DNA of 60,659 nt, the filler included, from Basidioascus undulatus (taxonomy: Eukaryota): assembly GCA_000826855.1 (NCBI GenBank). It is 9 parts of 9 records of this genome, joined end to end, with 100 filler letters (N's around TTAATTAATTAA, not from the genome) between each part and the next. Parts side by side here need not be neighbours in the genome. Positions count along the whole stretch, not along the records: positions 13,562 to 20,188 come from JTLS01001694.1; positions 20,289 to 26,955 come from JTLS01001695.1; 7 more parts are not named here. The stretch is one strand, 5' to 3'. Numbering within the stretch: position 1 is the first letter of the stretch; every line of letters begins with the position of its first letter. The translations under genes were made by a program, and so were the position numbers. This document shows, piece by piece, positions 13,462 through 26,102 of this stretch. The notes beneath the pieces are model-generated. The model did no database searches, was not told the DNA's origin, and worked only from the letters and a program-made list of their open reading frames with translations.

Positions 13462-14427
13462 NNNNNNNNNNNNNNNNNNNNNNNNNNNNNNNNNNNNNNN
13501 NNNNNTTAATTAATTAANNNNNNNNNNNNNNNNNNNNNNNNNNNNNNNNNNNNNNNNNNNNGGAGGACGGGGGGGACGCGCTGGATGGGGGTGGGGATAG
13601 GGCGGAGGAGGGGATGTGAGATCGGGTCGGGCCTGGGTGGAGTTGGGGATGGAGTCGAGGATGGAGATGGCGATGGCGATGGCGATGCAGGCACGGGTTC
13701 TTGGTCTGCTCGGACGGTTGTGGTGACATGGAAAGCCCACTGCTAGACGGCGAGCCTGGATCCCTTTCGATTTCCCGTGTCGCCGTGGGCGCACTGCACT
13801 TGAACTGTTCAATATCAAAACCCTCAAAAAAAGCTTACACTGCTCTGAACCACTCAACTACTTGAACGAACTTGAACGACGCCGCTTTCAGACAACGAGA
13901 GTGTGGTGTCGCCGCCCCCTCGGGCCTCTCCGCCCACCGTCGAGCGCATGCCTACTTACAGTAACTTGTCTTTCAAGCCGCGCCCAGTTTACCTACAGCC
14001 TGGACTCACTGACAATATCTTGTCGCCTTGCGCATCGCTGCAGAGGAAGGCAGTCACGTGCACTTATTGAGGAGACGCGACGCGATGACTTTTGAACCTT
14101 CGCAAACTGTTGTGTTCCTTCTGTTCCTTTCGACTTTCGTGTTCCACCGTCCTGCTGTTGCTCGCATTGTGTACTCTTCGCAAGCTCAAGGCAATAGGTC
14201 CCCAAAGAATGAGAGCACCAGGAATGCAGGCTATGCTTGCCTCCTTGTTAGCTGCAGGGCAGCCGGACTCCACCGAAACACTATGCCGCGGACGGACGCT
14301 AGCACGGTTGCGACTTGCTTGGACTGGGCAGAAGTCGATGTAGCTTCTACATTTCAGTGCCTTTCATTTCACCCTGTCCCTTGCTTCCTTCCCCCTCCCC
14401 TCCCCTTCATCAGCTACCACCACCGCC

Positions 14428-16495
14428 ATGCGTCCCTCCGCCGCCGCCGCGCTCCTCCTCCTCGCCTCTTCGACGCGCTCCTCCCTCTCCACGGAGCCCC
14501 AGGGCGCGCCTGACCCCCTGCTCGCGTCTTCCTCCTCCTTCTTCGCACCGGACCTGGAGGATGCGGCGGGCGAGTATCCGTTCGACGACGCTGCCCTTCA
14601 CGACGAGCTGCCTAGGGATGGCCATGCGCCCACGATGCAGCTGTGGGCGACGCGCGACCCTGAGCCGCGCGGCGTCGTGCAGGGGATGCAGATCGGGGCG
14701 TACTATCCTGATTGGCAGACTTCCATCGTCCCCGTAGATCATATTCAATGGGACCATGTCGATTACTTGTCGTACGGTACGCTCGTCCACTTCTGGCACT
14801 CCGCTCGTGCATGACGACGTTGAACGAGCTTCTCCCAGCTTTCGGGCTCCTCACCCCACAATACGACATCAAGCTCTCCGCCGGCTCCGACACAATGCTC
14901 AAATCGCTCGTGAGCGCCGCGCATAGCCAGAACCCGCGCAAGCGCGTCGTCCTCAGCATCGGGGGCTGGACGGGGTCGGGGTAGGTCCACCCACACCCTT
15001 TCCATTCTCGTGCTGCGGGGTGCCAGACCTTTAATTTCTAAACTAACTGATTGGACGAATGGGAAGGCTCTTTTCCGAGGCGGTCGCTACGGCGCAGAGC
15101 AGGGACACACTCGCAAAGAACATGGTTGCTGCTGCTGTCAAGTGGGAGCTTGACGGGATTGACATGTGCGTGCGACTGTCGCTCTTCGACCATTCGCAAG
15201 CTTACCAAGTCTCTCAACCTTTCTTAGCGACTGGGAGGTACCTCACCCTCCCCCATGCTTCCGTTCTCCGCATTCCGCTCACCCCTCGCCTTGCTCCCGC
15301 GCAGTACCCCGGCCTCCCGGGCGCCGGGAACCCCTACACCCCCTCCGACTCCGCAAACTACCTCCTCTTCCTCCAAGCGCTGCGGGCCGACCTCCCCAAA
15401 TCCGTCTCCCTCTCAGCCGCCACTCAGGTCTGGCCGTTCGCCGGGCCGAATGGCCAGCCCCTCGCGGACGTGAGCGGGTTCGCCGATGTGTTTGATTGGA
15501 TCTTGATGATGAAGTGGGTTTTGTGCTTGAGGCGCGGGGGACAGAGTGATGAGGCTGATTAATGTGATGGGGTACGGTGCTGTGTGGTGGAATGCAATAG
15601 CTACGACATCAACGGCGCGAGCTCCGAGCCGGGCCCGAACGCCCCGCTGCGTGACGCGTGCGGGAACAGCTCGCAGCCGCTCGCTAATGCCTTGTCCGCT
15701 ATCGACTCCTGGACGAGCGCCGGCATGCCGGCCAACAAGATCCTCCTCGGTCCGTCCCATCCCCTTCCCTCTCCTACCCCTTCCCCCACTCTCCTGACAG
15801 CCGCACCTCCCACAGGCGTGCCCGCATACGGCTGTCCGTTCTCCCTGTCTCTCCGACTCGTTCTTCATCATCTTATTTTTCGACGCCCCCATATAGACCT
15901 CTCCACCAGCAAGGCCTCCTCCCTGCGTACGCGCGCCGGCGCGGCAGTCCAGATCACCAACGCGGACGGCAGCGCCTCGTCGGGCCAGGTCGACTTTGGC
16001 ATGCTCGTGCGCTCGGGCGCGCTGGAGCGCACGAGCAAGGGGACGTTTGCGGGTGCGGGGGGGTGGACGCGGAAGGTAGATTGCCTAATTTTGCTCATTG
16101 TTAAAGAAGAACACGGCTTACACCTACGCTCGGGGTGGCGCAGTGGGACGAGTGCTCCAAGACTGTACGCACTGCTATCCTGTCACGCAACCTATCTGGG
16201 CAGCTGGACTGATTGTCCGTCCTTTCAGCCCTTCTTGTACTCCGGCTCCCAGGTCGTATCGTACGACGACCCCAACTCCCTGCTCTTGAAGGCGAAGCTC
16301 GCGCGGAACAAGGGCCTCGGCGGCCTGGGCGGGTGGACGCTCATCGGTGGTGCGTTGGGTGTTTCTTGCTTTTATTCCCCCTTTTCCTCCATAGTATGAT
16401 CTGATCTGTTTCCGTACCGGTGCTCTATTGGAGCAGACACCGACGCAGGAGACCTCTACGCCGCCCTGATGCTCGGCTTGGGGCGCGGCCAATGA
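14428..16495 (+). CDS. Secreted GH18 chitinase
   Basis: Signal peptide; GAYYPDW; KRVVLSIGGWTGS; catalytic LDGIDIDWEYPG assembled across introns; DWILMMNYDING; AGMPANKILLGVPAYG; VVSYDDPNSLLLKAKLARNKGLGGLGGW. Confidence 0.95.
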
Positions 16496-17119
16496 GATGG
16501 ACGACACGAGCTTGCATCAGATCGGGTGGATTGCATGCGCGTGAATGGAGGGGCGGACTGCATCGGATGTGCACGGCGGATACGGACGCTGGGGGGAGGG
16601 TTTCGATTCGGGTTCGCTTATCCGTTGGCTTTCGTTTTTCGAGAGCCGCTGGCGGGCGTCGCTTGGACAGTGGATGCGCATTGTATTTTTATCATGATTA
16701 TTTCGTTGACTCTGTCCGGACTGCACGATTCATCACTTCTGAATTGAACATGGTCGCCCGAGTGCAATTGTAAAGGTCTGGCCGCTGGCCGGGATAACGC
16801 ACTTCAATGGCTTTTCAGGTACCGAGACGAGACTCGATTCCACGCGAGTGGGCGAGAGCAAGCCGGTCGCACAGCCACAATTCCTCTGCACAGCCGGGAA
16901 GAGCACGTTCCAAAGATTTAGAAACGACAACCAGGCCGTTCCTTGCCCTTCCAGTGCATGCAATAATGACAGTGACGCCTTCCGCTCGCAGAGCGGGGCT
17001 ACAAACCGGGCCGAAGGAGAGGTATACAACATTCTGAGACCAGCTCAAATTGAAAAGAAGCGAACCCGATGCCTAAGAAAGAAGAGGAAAAGCGAAGATC
17101 CGTTGGGTAGAAGTGCTGC

Positions 17120-18721
17120 TCACGCAGACGAGGCGACGCCGCGCACGGCCCGGTGTGCGTTGCGCTTGGCGTCGGACGAGCCGGAGACACAGTCGACGTA
17201 CTCGGTCTGGCAGGAGTACTTGCCCTTGCCCGAGTAGTCGGAGTTGCACTCTGTGGGCGAGAGGGGCAGGCCGTCAGGGACGAGGGAGGAGATGCCGAGA
17301 CAAGGATTGGGAGACGAAGACGTACTCTCCCAGGCGCCGTTGCAGTCCGACGAGTCCGAAGCGTCCGAAGAGTATGAGCCGCAGGACTTATCGCCGTGGC
17401 CGTGAGAGCCGGTGTTGGAAGACGAGGAGCCGTGGGGGTCGGAGTCGGCCGCGGCGACCATCGAGCGAGCTTGAGGTTGGCCACCAGAGCCGCCGACCGG
17501 ACTGAAGATAAGATAGCCTCGCGTCAGCATCATTCTTGAGTATGAAATTCACCCGTAGAAAAGGCTTACGTCAGATGACCAGGGAACTTGTAGCCGGCCA
17601 GAGGAGGGTAGGTCTGGAGAGACGGGCTGCTCTCGTCGTATCCTCCGTTGGGGAACGCGACCGTGTCCGTTGGGTTGAGCGAACCGCTTCCGGTGACTTT
17701 CCACTGGGAGCAGCTCGGATAATACTCGTGACCGGAGTGGAGCGCAATGATTTCGTGGCGCTGGAGAAGGAGGTGAGGAAGGAAAGTGGGGGAGAAAAAG
17801 AACGGCGACGAACGATGAGGTAGTTGCCCGGGGCGAGATCGGCAGGGATAGTAGCCGAGAGCGGCTGTCCCTCGTCTGGGAAAATACAAAGGGTTTAGTA
17901 TATGCATACGGGAACGGAAAAGAAAGAAAAGAAACGCACGGAGCTTCGCCATGTCCCAGGTGTCGCCAGTGCCGCTCTTCGCGTCAATCAAGAAGAACTT
18001 GGCGTTGCCGCTATTCATCGAAGCACAGTCTCCCTCGCACTTGGCCATGTAGGTCATGACTGTTTTATGGAATATTGTTTCAGCCAGCTGAGGGGGCGCA
18101 GAAACGTGGACTGGTGATGCTACTCACCAGGACCGACCTGTTACGGGCGACCGTGAGCGGACTGGCACGAGGACATGAATTGACAACTTACAACATGGGG
18201 CCAGTCAGAACCCGGGTCTGCGTATCCACTCTTCCACCAAAATGCTCTTGTTTTTGTGTGTAAATTGTGTGAGCAATCAGTGAGAAAAGCAAGGAGGTCA
18301 TCGACGTACAGGGTCGAGCCAGCGGCGACTTCGGGGGTCTGCGAGGCAGGGGTCGCCCCAGAGCCGCAGAACATGTTCGGGTCCTGGATGTCAAGCAGAA
18401 GCGTGAGTATTAAGAAATTTCAGGAATTGACAAGGCCATGAGCACCGTACCGAAGACGTCGTCGACGGAGAGTTGTTGATAACGTGCCAGATGGGTGAGT
18501 TGGCGTTGGAGTCCTGGATGAGCGGTCCTTGGTAACTAGCACCACCCGAGACGTCGATTTCTAGATAAAGTGAAGCAAGGTGAGTTTCGTGAACCAAGAA
18601 CTCTTAAGAACCTAAAGGGAACGAAAGACTCACTTCGGACAATGCCATGCGCGTTGACAACGGCGGGAAGAAGGACAGCCGCGGCGGCCAGCGCCGAGCG
18701 GGTAGAGAAGGAGGGCGTCAT
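17120..18721 (-). CDS. AA9 (GH61) lytic polysaccharide monooxygenase with C-terminal Cys-rich extension
   Basis: Signal peptide ending AVVNA then mature His1 (HGIVR); MFCG; [41 protein letters not shown]...EYYPSCSQWKVTGSGS...VAFP. Confidence 0.92.
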
Positions 18722-19601
18722 GTCGAGGCGAGAGAGTGTGGGTAAGATAAAAGGTTAGAGAACACCCGTGAGAAGGAAAGAGTGTGTCGGAGAGAGGTGG
18801 AAGTGCGAGAAGACGATGCGACGGATGGAAAACGAGAGTCGATCAAGACAGCTCGACCTTAAGTATCTTGCAGAAGACCTCTCGGGTACATGTATACCGG
18901 AGGGTCTGTAAGCGATAAAGGGCTTCACAGGACGCTTACGTCTCGAAAGCTTTCGAAACAGCAATGCTGAGCATTGTCCAGAGCACCGAACCGACGCAAT
19001 GTCATGATACCTCCATAAGCGGGATGTTTGAGGGTTTTCCCCAACATAATCATTGAAACATCTGAGTGATTAATGCATAGGAGCGTAAATAAATGACTCG
19101 CCGGACCAATAGTGAGGAGTCCGGTGAGCGGCAGCTGAGGAGACCTGAGGCGTTTCAGCGGCGTTTCAGTGAGCAAAGGTACCGAGCGAAGGCTCGAAAC
19201 ACGGAGAGCACTTCGTTCATTTTATTGAGGATCGAGTCCCTCAAACCGAGCGCGTGCAACACGTGAGAATTGAAGGACGTCAGCGATAGGACGCGAGAAG
19301 AGAAGAGGGTGGCCAAGTGCAGTCATGCGCGCAGTCGAAATGATCCTGTCCGCGACTCGGCTGCTCCAGTTCAAAAGTTTGAGTGGGAAACGTTTCTGCA
19401 TGCCATGAATCGAAGAAATTCACTTGTTGTGTGACCCACACGTATCATCTTCATCTCGCGTCACAAGCAGACTCAGATTGAGAGCGTCACAGAGCACGAA
19501 GCTGGAATCCCCGGTGAGCGGCACGTCTCAATCGTGCCGGTCAGCGAGCATGCCAACTACACACACGCAAATTACGAAGAAGTGATGTGTATCCATAAAT
19601 C

Positions 19602-20188
19602 TCATCGTGACCGTCCGAGCTCCTCCAAGACAGCGCGCTCCCGCTCAGGGCTGACTTCGCCAAAGCCATGCACAGCCATATCGAACGTGCCCGCGCCGCC
19701 GCTGAGAGCGCGCAGCTTGCTTGCATAATCCACCATCTGGCTGAGAGGCACATGCGCATGCACCGTGCGCTTCTGCTCGGGAACGTCCAACCCATCTGTG
19801 AAGCTGCTTTTGGCGGAAGTTAGGTCGCGTGGGATGTAGATCTTGGCCGCAGTGCCGTTCGAAGCGGCGTCCTGGACAGACGTAGGCTGGTCTTCGTCCG
19901 TGCCCAAGCTCAGGACCATGCCGTTGCGCACGCTCGTCAGCTCGCTGACAACGCGTCCGAGGCTCGCCTCGCCCACGCGGATGCGGACGTCCATGATGGG
20001 CTCGAGGACCCGGCTGCCGGCGGCTTTGACGGCCTTGCCGAGCGCGGCGGCGGACCCGGCTGCGATTGCGGCGGGCGGGGAGAGCTCAGGGGAAATGACG
20101 ACGGGGTTGGAGGCGGTGATGTGGAGGGAGTGGAGAGGGTAGGTGGACAGCGGGCCGCGGGACATGGTGGAGAGGAGGCCGGAGAGGA
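19602..20188 (-). CDS. MEF2: Mitochondrial ribosome-releasing factor 2 (EF-G2mt), C-terminal part
   Basis: EF-G domain IV/V: RGPLSTYPLHSL...RVLEPIMDVRIRV...LGRVVSELTSVRNG...VHAHVPLSQMVDYASKLRALSGGAGTFDM, with the insertion typical of fungal EF-G2. Confidence 0.85.
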
Positions 20189-21001
20189 NNNNNNNNNNNN
20201 NNNNNNNNNNNNNNNNNNNNNNNNNNNNNNNNTTAATTAATTAANNNNNNNNNNNNNNNNNNNNNNNNNNNNNNNNNNNNNNNNNNNNCCAGGAGGGGAG
20301 GGGCGCGCAAGGAAGAGAGGCAAGAGCAGAGCCAGAGACACGCGCTCGCCCACCCGCCCTCGCAGCGAGTTGTTTTCCCCTGCATGCACGCCCTCGCAGC
20401 TGCTCTCGACATGGGTACCACTTAAAATTGCAAATATTCGCCAGTACTGTGAGCTTCTGCCATGCGAAGCAGCACCGAGCCCGGAGGTCGCCTGATGCGC
20501 TGTCCCCCTCGAGCCGGGCGACTCAGGCGAGCTGCGTCTTTGTCGATCGCTGTCCCGCCCCCACGGCCGGCACCCGATTGGCCCGACGCCACCCCCTCGC
20601 TGAGAGCACCGTGCGCCCTCGCCTTGCCATGTTTACCATTCGCCTTCCTCCTCGACAGCCTGTTATAATTCCACACCAACGCAGTCGGACGCAGGGGAAC
20701 ATGCGCTCTATTTGCCTTCATAGATTTCGAAGGCAAGGCGTCAGTCAACTTTGGACCAGCATGCTTCGATGGATTGCTGGACCCGATGGAGTCGCGTTGT
20801 TGCCGGGCGTTCATTAAATCTCCACCGAACCCGGACCTTTTCCAGTCTGTTGCTCTCCGCCATGACGACGACCCGGTTGTCGAAGGGCTGCTTGCCTCGA
20901 GACGTCCTCGAGTTGAAAGAAGCAGTCCGCTTAGGGTGGAACACACTGACGAAAAAGAAAGACGTGGTTGAGGCTGGACTCTGAAAATGAAGAGAAAAAA
21001 A

Positions 21002-21083
21002 TGCGCCGCCGGGGAATCGAACCCCGTGCGCCAGCTAACTCAAATAATGGAAGGCTAGCATGTTACCGGTACACCAGCGGCGC
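21002..21083 (-). tRNA. tRNA-Gly(TCC) with 11-nt intron
   Basis: Minus strand GCGCCGC-TG-GTGTACCGGTAACAT-G-CTAGC-CT-TCC-A-[TTATTTGAGTT]-A-GCTGG-CGCA-CGGGG-TTCGATT-CCCCG-GCGGCGC-A; all stems pair; immediately followed by an oligo-T Pol III terminator. Confidence 0.95.
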
Positions 21084-22644
21084 CTGTTCTTCAATCAAAA
21101 GACATGATACAGTACCCAATCAACTTCTGACTCAACCTGTGGAGCACGCGGTCGAATTATTGACAAGACCAGGATTAAGGAGTACGTACATCCTGACATG
21201 GGTTTTTAAATGCGATTTTTATGTTGTGAAAACTCCTTCCTTGTTCTCACATTGCGTTGAGAAACTCTCCAACACCGTGGTAGCGAGCACGCTTTACCTG
21301 AGCAACTAAATATCAATGGCTCAGTGGAGTGCAGTCTTGCGGCGTATCTTGTCGCCAAGCACGACCCGTCTGGAGTCGGGACAGGCGGACAAAACGGCCT
21401 GAAGTGCAATAGGGGCAGTAGGCGCATTCTTTCAGTCCGGTTGTCAAGGATATGCGCCTGACGGACCACGACTCGTCTCATTGCGGAATCGATCCAAAAC
21501 TTGCAATCCCGGACGGTACAAAGTGCGCTCTTGCAAAGCCTTTCTGCACGTACTTAAAGGCGAGGGGATTGCCCACCTTCCATTTCACTCGTCCATTTTC
21601 CTTCTTCTGCCACTCTCCAGCACTCGCAATCTCTGCAGCTATGCGCCTCGCCGTATTTCTCACTGCAACATTCTTCTTCAGCATGTGCATCTGGCTGGAG
21701 CGCAGCCCTTGGCGATCCTGCGCCTCAAGGATTCTGACCGTCCATGTTGCTGGCTGGTCCCGAGGCAGTTCTGCTGAGCATCCCCTGTACAGTCACCTTA
21801 CCTCCCGACACCTCAGTGGGCGGAACTGGGTCGGGGGCACAAGCGACGGCGGCGTCGGCGGAGGGGTCGGTATCGGTGCGGTCGGTCGGTGTCGGTGCAG
21901 CGGTCGGCCTGTCGCCCTTGCCTACAACTGTCCCCACCGGCGTTGGTTTCCCGCCTGCGGCGCGCAGGGGTGGATGCTCATGCACGTGCCTATAGGACCC
22001 ATGATGCCTCTTTTGCTTCAATTTCATTAATGTTGTCCAGTGCTAGGGCCAGGCACGTCTGATGCTTGCCGGCGCTGTGCATCGACTGGCTATTTAAAAA
22101 GGCAGGAGAGTACGAAGAAGGAAAGAGGAAGATTTGAAGGATGAGCCTATGCGCGGTACAAACGAACTGTGGCCTGTTTGTCTTGTTGGCTTGCTGCGCT
22201 GCACGTAAACCACACGCTATTGGATGCAACTGAACCTTCTCCTCGAACTGCACGAATTTTCAGCCCCCACTCTCATGTCCCTCCAGCGCAGCACACGTGA
22301 AGGCAAGCAGGCTGCACTGTAGGGCCCTGACTGTTTATACGAATATTTCTCTGATCGGTGATGGTGTTGATAGCGAGGCGGATTTTAGGCCATGCATGTC
22401 TGGACGCGAAACAGGCGAGAGCGGGATGGTGTTGCTTTCTGCACCAGCTGAGCCGTCTGTCTGAAGCGGATAAAAGACTCGGTCCTTAAGGCTGGTACGA
22501 TCATCTGCGTTGGACCTCGTTCCTGTCGCTCTCCCTCACACTTTCCACTTATGCCTTCGGTCGTATCTCTCACTGCCCTGTCCTTCGGCATGTTCCTGAT
22601 GGGCAAGGTCCAGGGCGCGCCGGTTCCGCAGGCTCTACCCCTTA

Positions 22645-24000
22645 ATGCGTTCACATATCCGTTTTTACATTGTCGAGCCAGCAGGCTGTTCTAAACATCG
22701 AGCGTTCGACCTCCACCACATCGCAGTCCTCGGCGCAACCGGCGCAGTCGCTGGCGGATATCCAGCGCCTGGTACTGGTCTTTATGGGACTACCTTCACG
22801 ACGGGGCCCCCAGGAGTCAAGTATGATGAAGAGGACCAAGTTAGCATCGCCTCTTGAGCGTCGTCTGGACATGGGAGGCGTGTCGTCGGCTAACTCTGAG
22901 CATTTGCTGTAGTTTACCCATCGGTCCGCCGGTGCCGATAGAAGTGCCATGTCCAGGATGAACAGATTGAGTTCTTCCGCGATCTCGCTCGGGCGAATGT
23001 TCGCTTGTGGAGGATCACCGCCGACAAAATCGTCACCGTAAGCTCTCTCTCTGACGAATTCGTTCCCGAAATCGGTCCTCTGTGCGTCCCTTCTTCCCGC
23101 CGCTCTCATCCTCCCTTCTCATACTTGTACCCATCAGCCTCGACCAGCCCCGTAACGACCTGTCCGGCCCCTACCCAAGGCCCGTGCCATACCTCCTCGG
23201 GTACATCGTCGCCGCTCGGGCCCACCGCGTGTCGCCAAACCAACGGAAAAGCGAGGCGTACGCGCGTCGGCTGTGCACGCTCGACAGGATCGAGGCGCTT
23301 GTGCCCCCCCTCTGTCCGCAGGAGCCAGAGCTGAGGACGCCGCGGCTGTTATATCCGGACTACGGGGGCACGGGGAACATGTGCGTTGCCTGTGAAGCTG
23401 GGCGGAGGAAGGGTCAGGTTCACTGACTGCGCTGTGTTACAGGATGCGCGATGGGAACAGACTTATCTGGGTGCGAGTTCCCGTTGTACAGGTCGTTGAT
23501 GTACCAAGTCACTCATACGATTAATTCAACTTAGGTGAATCGACTGGGAGTTCTCCGCATTCAGGTCGAGCTTCCTCGTCGCTGGATATCCGAGTAAGAG
23601 ACAGCCCGTTGTCGCCTCGTCGCCTCACCTCTTGTCACTGGTTCACTTGTTTACGCCCATTGTTATTCGCGGAGGCCTTCTGCGCGGCTTCGAATGACAC
23701 CTATGGGAAACACTTCCGGAAGAGATTGCCAAGCCCCTACGCGAGGCCTATGAAGATGTGCGTGTGCCATGCCTTCCATCCAGCAGTCTCGCCTCCTTCT
23801 AGCTCCGTTTACCTATTAACTCGCTCGATGCGCAAAACTAACAGGAGGCTCGCGAAATGGAGCCCGAGTACGTACGTGCGCTGCACTCGGGGCACCATGC
23901 CCGGCGGCCGTGCAAGTGGCTGCTGGACTGGAAGGACCCGGAGGTGTGGGAGGTGGTGGAGAAGTGGGAGGCGCAGGAACGGAAGGAGCTAGGGCTATGA
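22645..24000 (+). CDS. Hypothetical multi-exon gene, no family recognised (start uncertain)
   Basis: Exon-like GC-rich blocks bounded by GT/AG: DEQIEFFRDLARANVRLWRITADKIVT; LDQPRNDLSGPYPRPVPYLLGYIVAARAH...LYPDYGGTG; last exon EAREMEPEYVRALHSGHHARRPCKWLLDWKDPEVWEVVEKWEAQERKELGL*. Confidence 0.45.
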
Positions 24001-24994
24001 GCAAGGGATGGTGGAACGGACTTGTAAAAACCCGGATAGAAGGAATGGGACAAGGTGAAGCTGTGCTCAACGCGGTAGTACTATAAAGGTTGCGGAAGGC
24101 TGACCAGTTTGTCGGTGTTCATATGGCTGTGAGACATTTCTGGGTCCTAACTTCCGGAGAACGTGCCGCGAAAGTGTCAGTCGCGAAGACTGCAACACCG
24201 TGCCCGCCTTCCTATTTTTCCTCCAGACAGGAAGGCGGGCACGCACCGATCCGGGTTTCCTATGGTGCCGGAGCGCCCAGGGCTGTGGGCATAAAATACA
24301 TGCTCGAAAGGAACGTGTAAGTGAGTGGCACGATTGCGTTTGAAGAGTTGTGGCTAAAGGGGCAGACAGAGGTGAACAACACAATCAGAGCTGGAAAGAA
24401 CCTTCCTTGGATACATCACGGTGTTCACGCACCTCAGTACAAGATGCAGTCAGGCCGTCCCGCTCTCGCTGTTTGGCATTTACTCACTACTGGTTCTTGT
24501 GCAAACTCATAGGACCCTGCTCACAATGTTCCCATGCAGTTTCATGTAAGGTTCGTGCCGTTCGTGCGATGTGAAACAGCCGAAATTTTTAACCCCGGGG
24601 TGCATTGAATTTGGCTCGATGTAACGTGGTTCTAACGGCAGCACGGATAACATGAGGTGTTACAGTTACATCGATGCACCACATAACCGCGACTACAATC
24701 AACTACAATGCAGCTGCGTCTCCCTCGCAGAGGCGCGGGCTCGACGAAATTAAAAGCCTCGCAGTCTTCGTCAGCCCTCCTGGCACTCCTCATCTTTATT
24801 TCTGAAACCCTGAGAAGCGACACCCACAGCTGAATATTTCCCATCAAGTTCTCGGCTCCCATGCAGCAACATCCCGATATATGCCCTTGCGAATTGTAAG
24901 AGCTACAGCCGAGTCAGCCGAGTCACATTCTGTTTCGCCGCATGTCTTTTTTCGGCACACATCACTCAACACCTAGGGTCAGCACTCAAACTGT

Positions 24995-25679
24995 TTACCT
25001 ATGGCACACGATGCTGTACAGACTACATGGACGATTCATGCAGTCGGCGCGTTGAGTCACAGTCATGGTCATTAGCCAGGCAGCCTCCGAACCGCACCCC
25101 CCCGTGAACGGCCCAAGGGCTCCTCCGTTTCCGATCCCGCCCCCAGCGAAGCGCCCCAGCCCGCCACTCGGCTCTTGCACCAGCCCGGCCGAGAGAGGTC
25201 CAGCACTGGGCTCTGGAGCGGGGCAACTCTGACCGTGCCACTGCCAATCCCGCTCCCAATCCCACTCCCAGTCACGAAAAGCCCAACCCCACCTCCTTGT
25301 CCCGTCAGCTCCTGCCCTAGCCCGGCTGAGATGTCCAGCACTGGGTTCTGCAGCGGCGGGACCCTCACCGGGCCACTTCCCCATACCAACCCCAACCCAG
25401 CACCGAAAGGCCCAATACCTCCTTGTCCGGTCGGTTCTTGGACTAGACCTGGTTATTGACGGTTAGTAAGTATTTCAATGACACGTCTGAAGAAAGCGCG
25501 GGGGAAAGACGGAGCCAAGCCAAGCACGCACCGATCCCGATCTGAGGCTGAGGCGTTAGTGCGCCGAGGGCGGTGTTCGAAACGAACAGGCTCGCGTCGC
25601 GATGCTGAGGGATCCGAGTGAATGTGCCGTGGCTGCAGCAGTGGTGGACGACGAAGTGAGCGACCACGGCGGTCTTTAT
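24995..25679 (-). pseudogene. Gly-rich tandem-repeat peptide gene, apparently frameshifted
   Basis: Intron 25449-25531 (GTGCGT...TACTAAC...CAG); exon 2 encodes about 2.7 copies of a 42-45 aa repeat; extra CT dinucleotide at ~25191-25197 shifts repeat 3; no intact ATG found in frame. Confidence 0.55.
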
Positions 25680-26102
25680 GCCGCTGTATCCGCCTCAAGA
25701 CAACTACGACAACATACCACGGCCGCCTCACCTGTTTCGCATCATCGCTACCGAGACCGCCAGAAAACATCCAAGTCACCCCTGTTTTGAGACATGCAGG
25801 TGTTTCCCGCCGGGGTTTAAGGATACGAGACCGCGCAGACTACACTGACTGACTGCCATCGAATGTCGATCGCAGGGAAATCGGGACGCGAGTGCCAAGC
25901 AAAGCGATGCGAGGGTGCGTGAGGATAGTAAGAAAAGATGTGCGAGCGATTGGTAGGGGCGATCGAAAGTCGAAGTTCGAAGCTCCAACCGAAGGCTAAA
26001 ATGAGTTCCAAGCGAGCCCGCACGTCCGATAGAGAACAAAAGCCAGCTCCAGCTCCGGGATGTGCGTGCAAGAGCAATAACATGGCAATGCGCGATGCGC
26101 GA

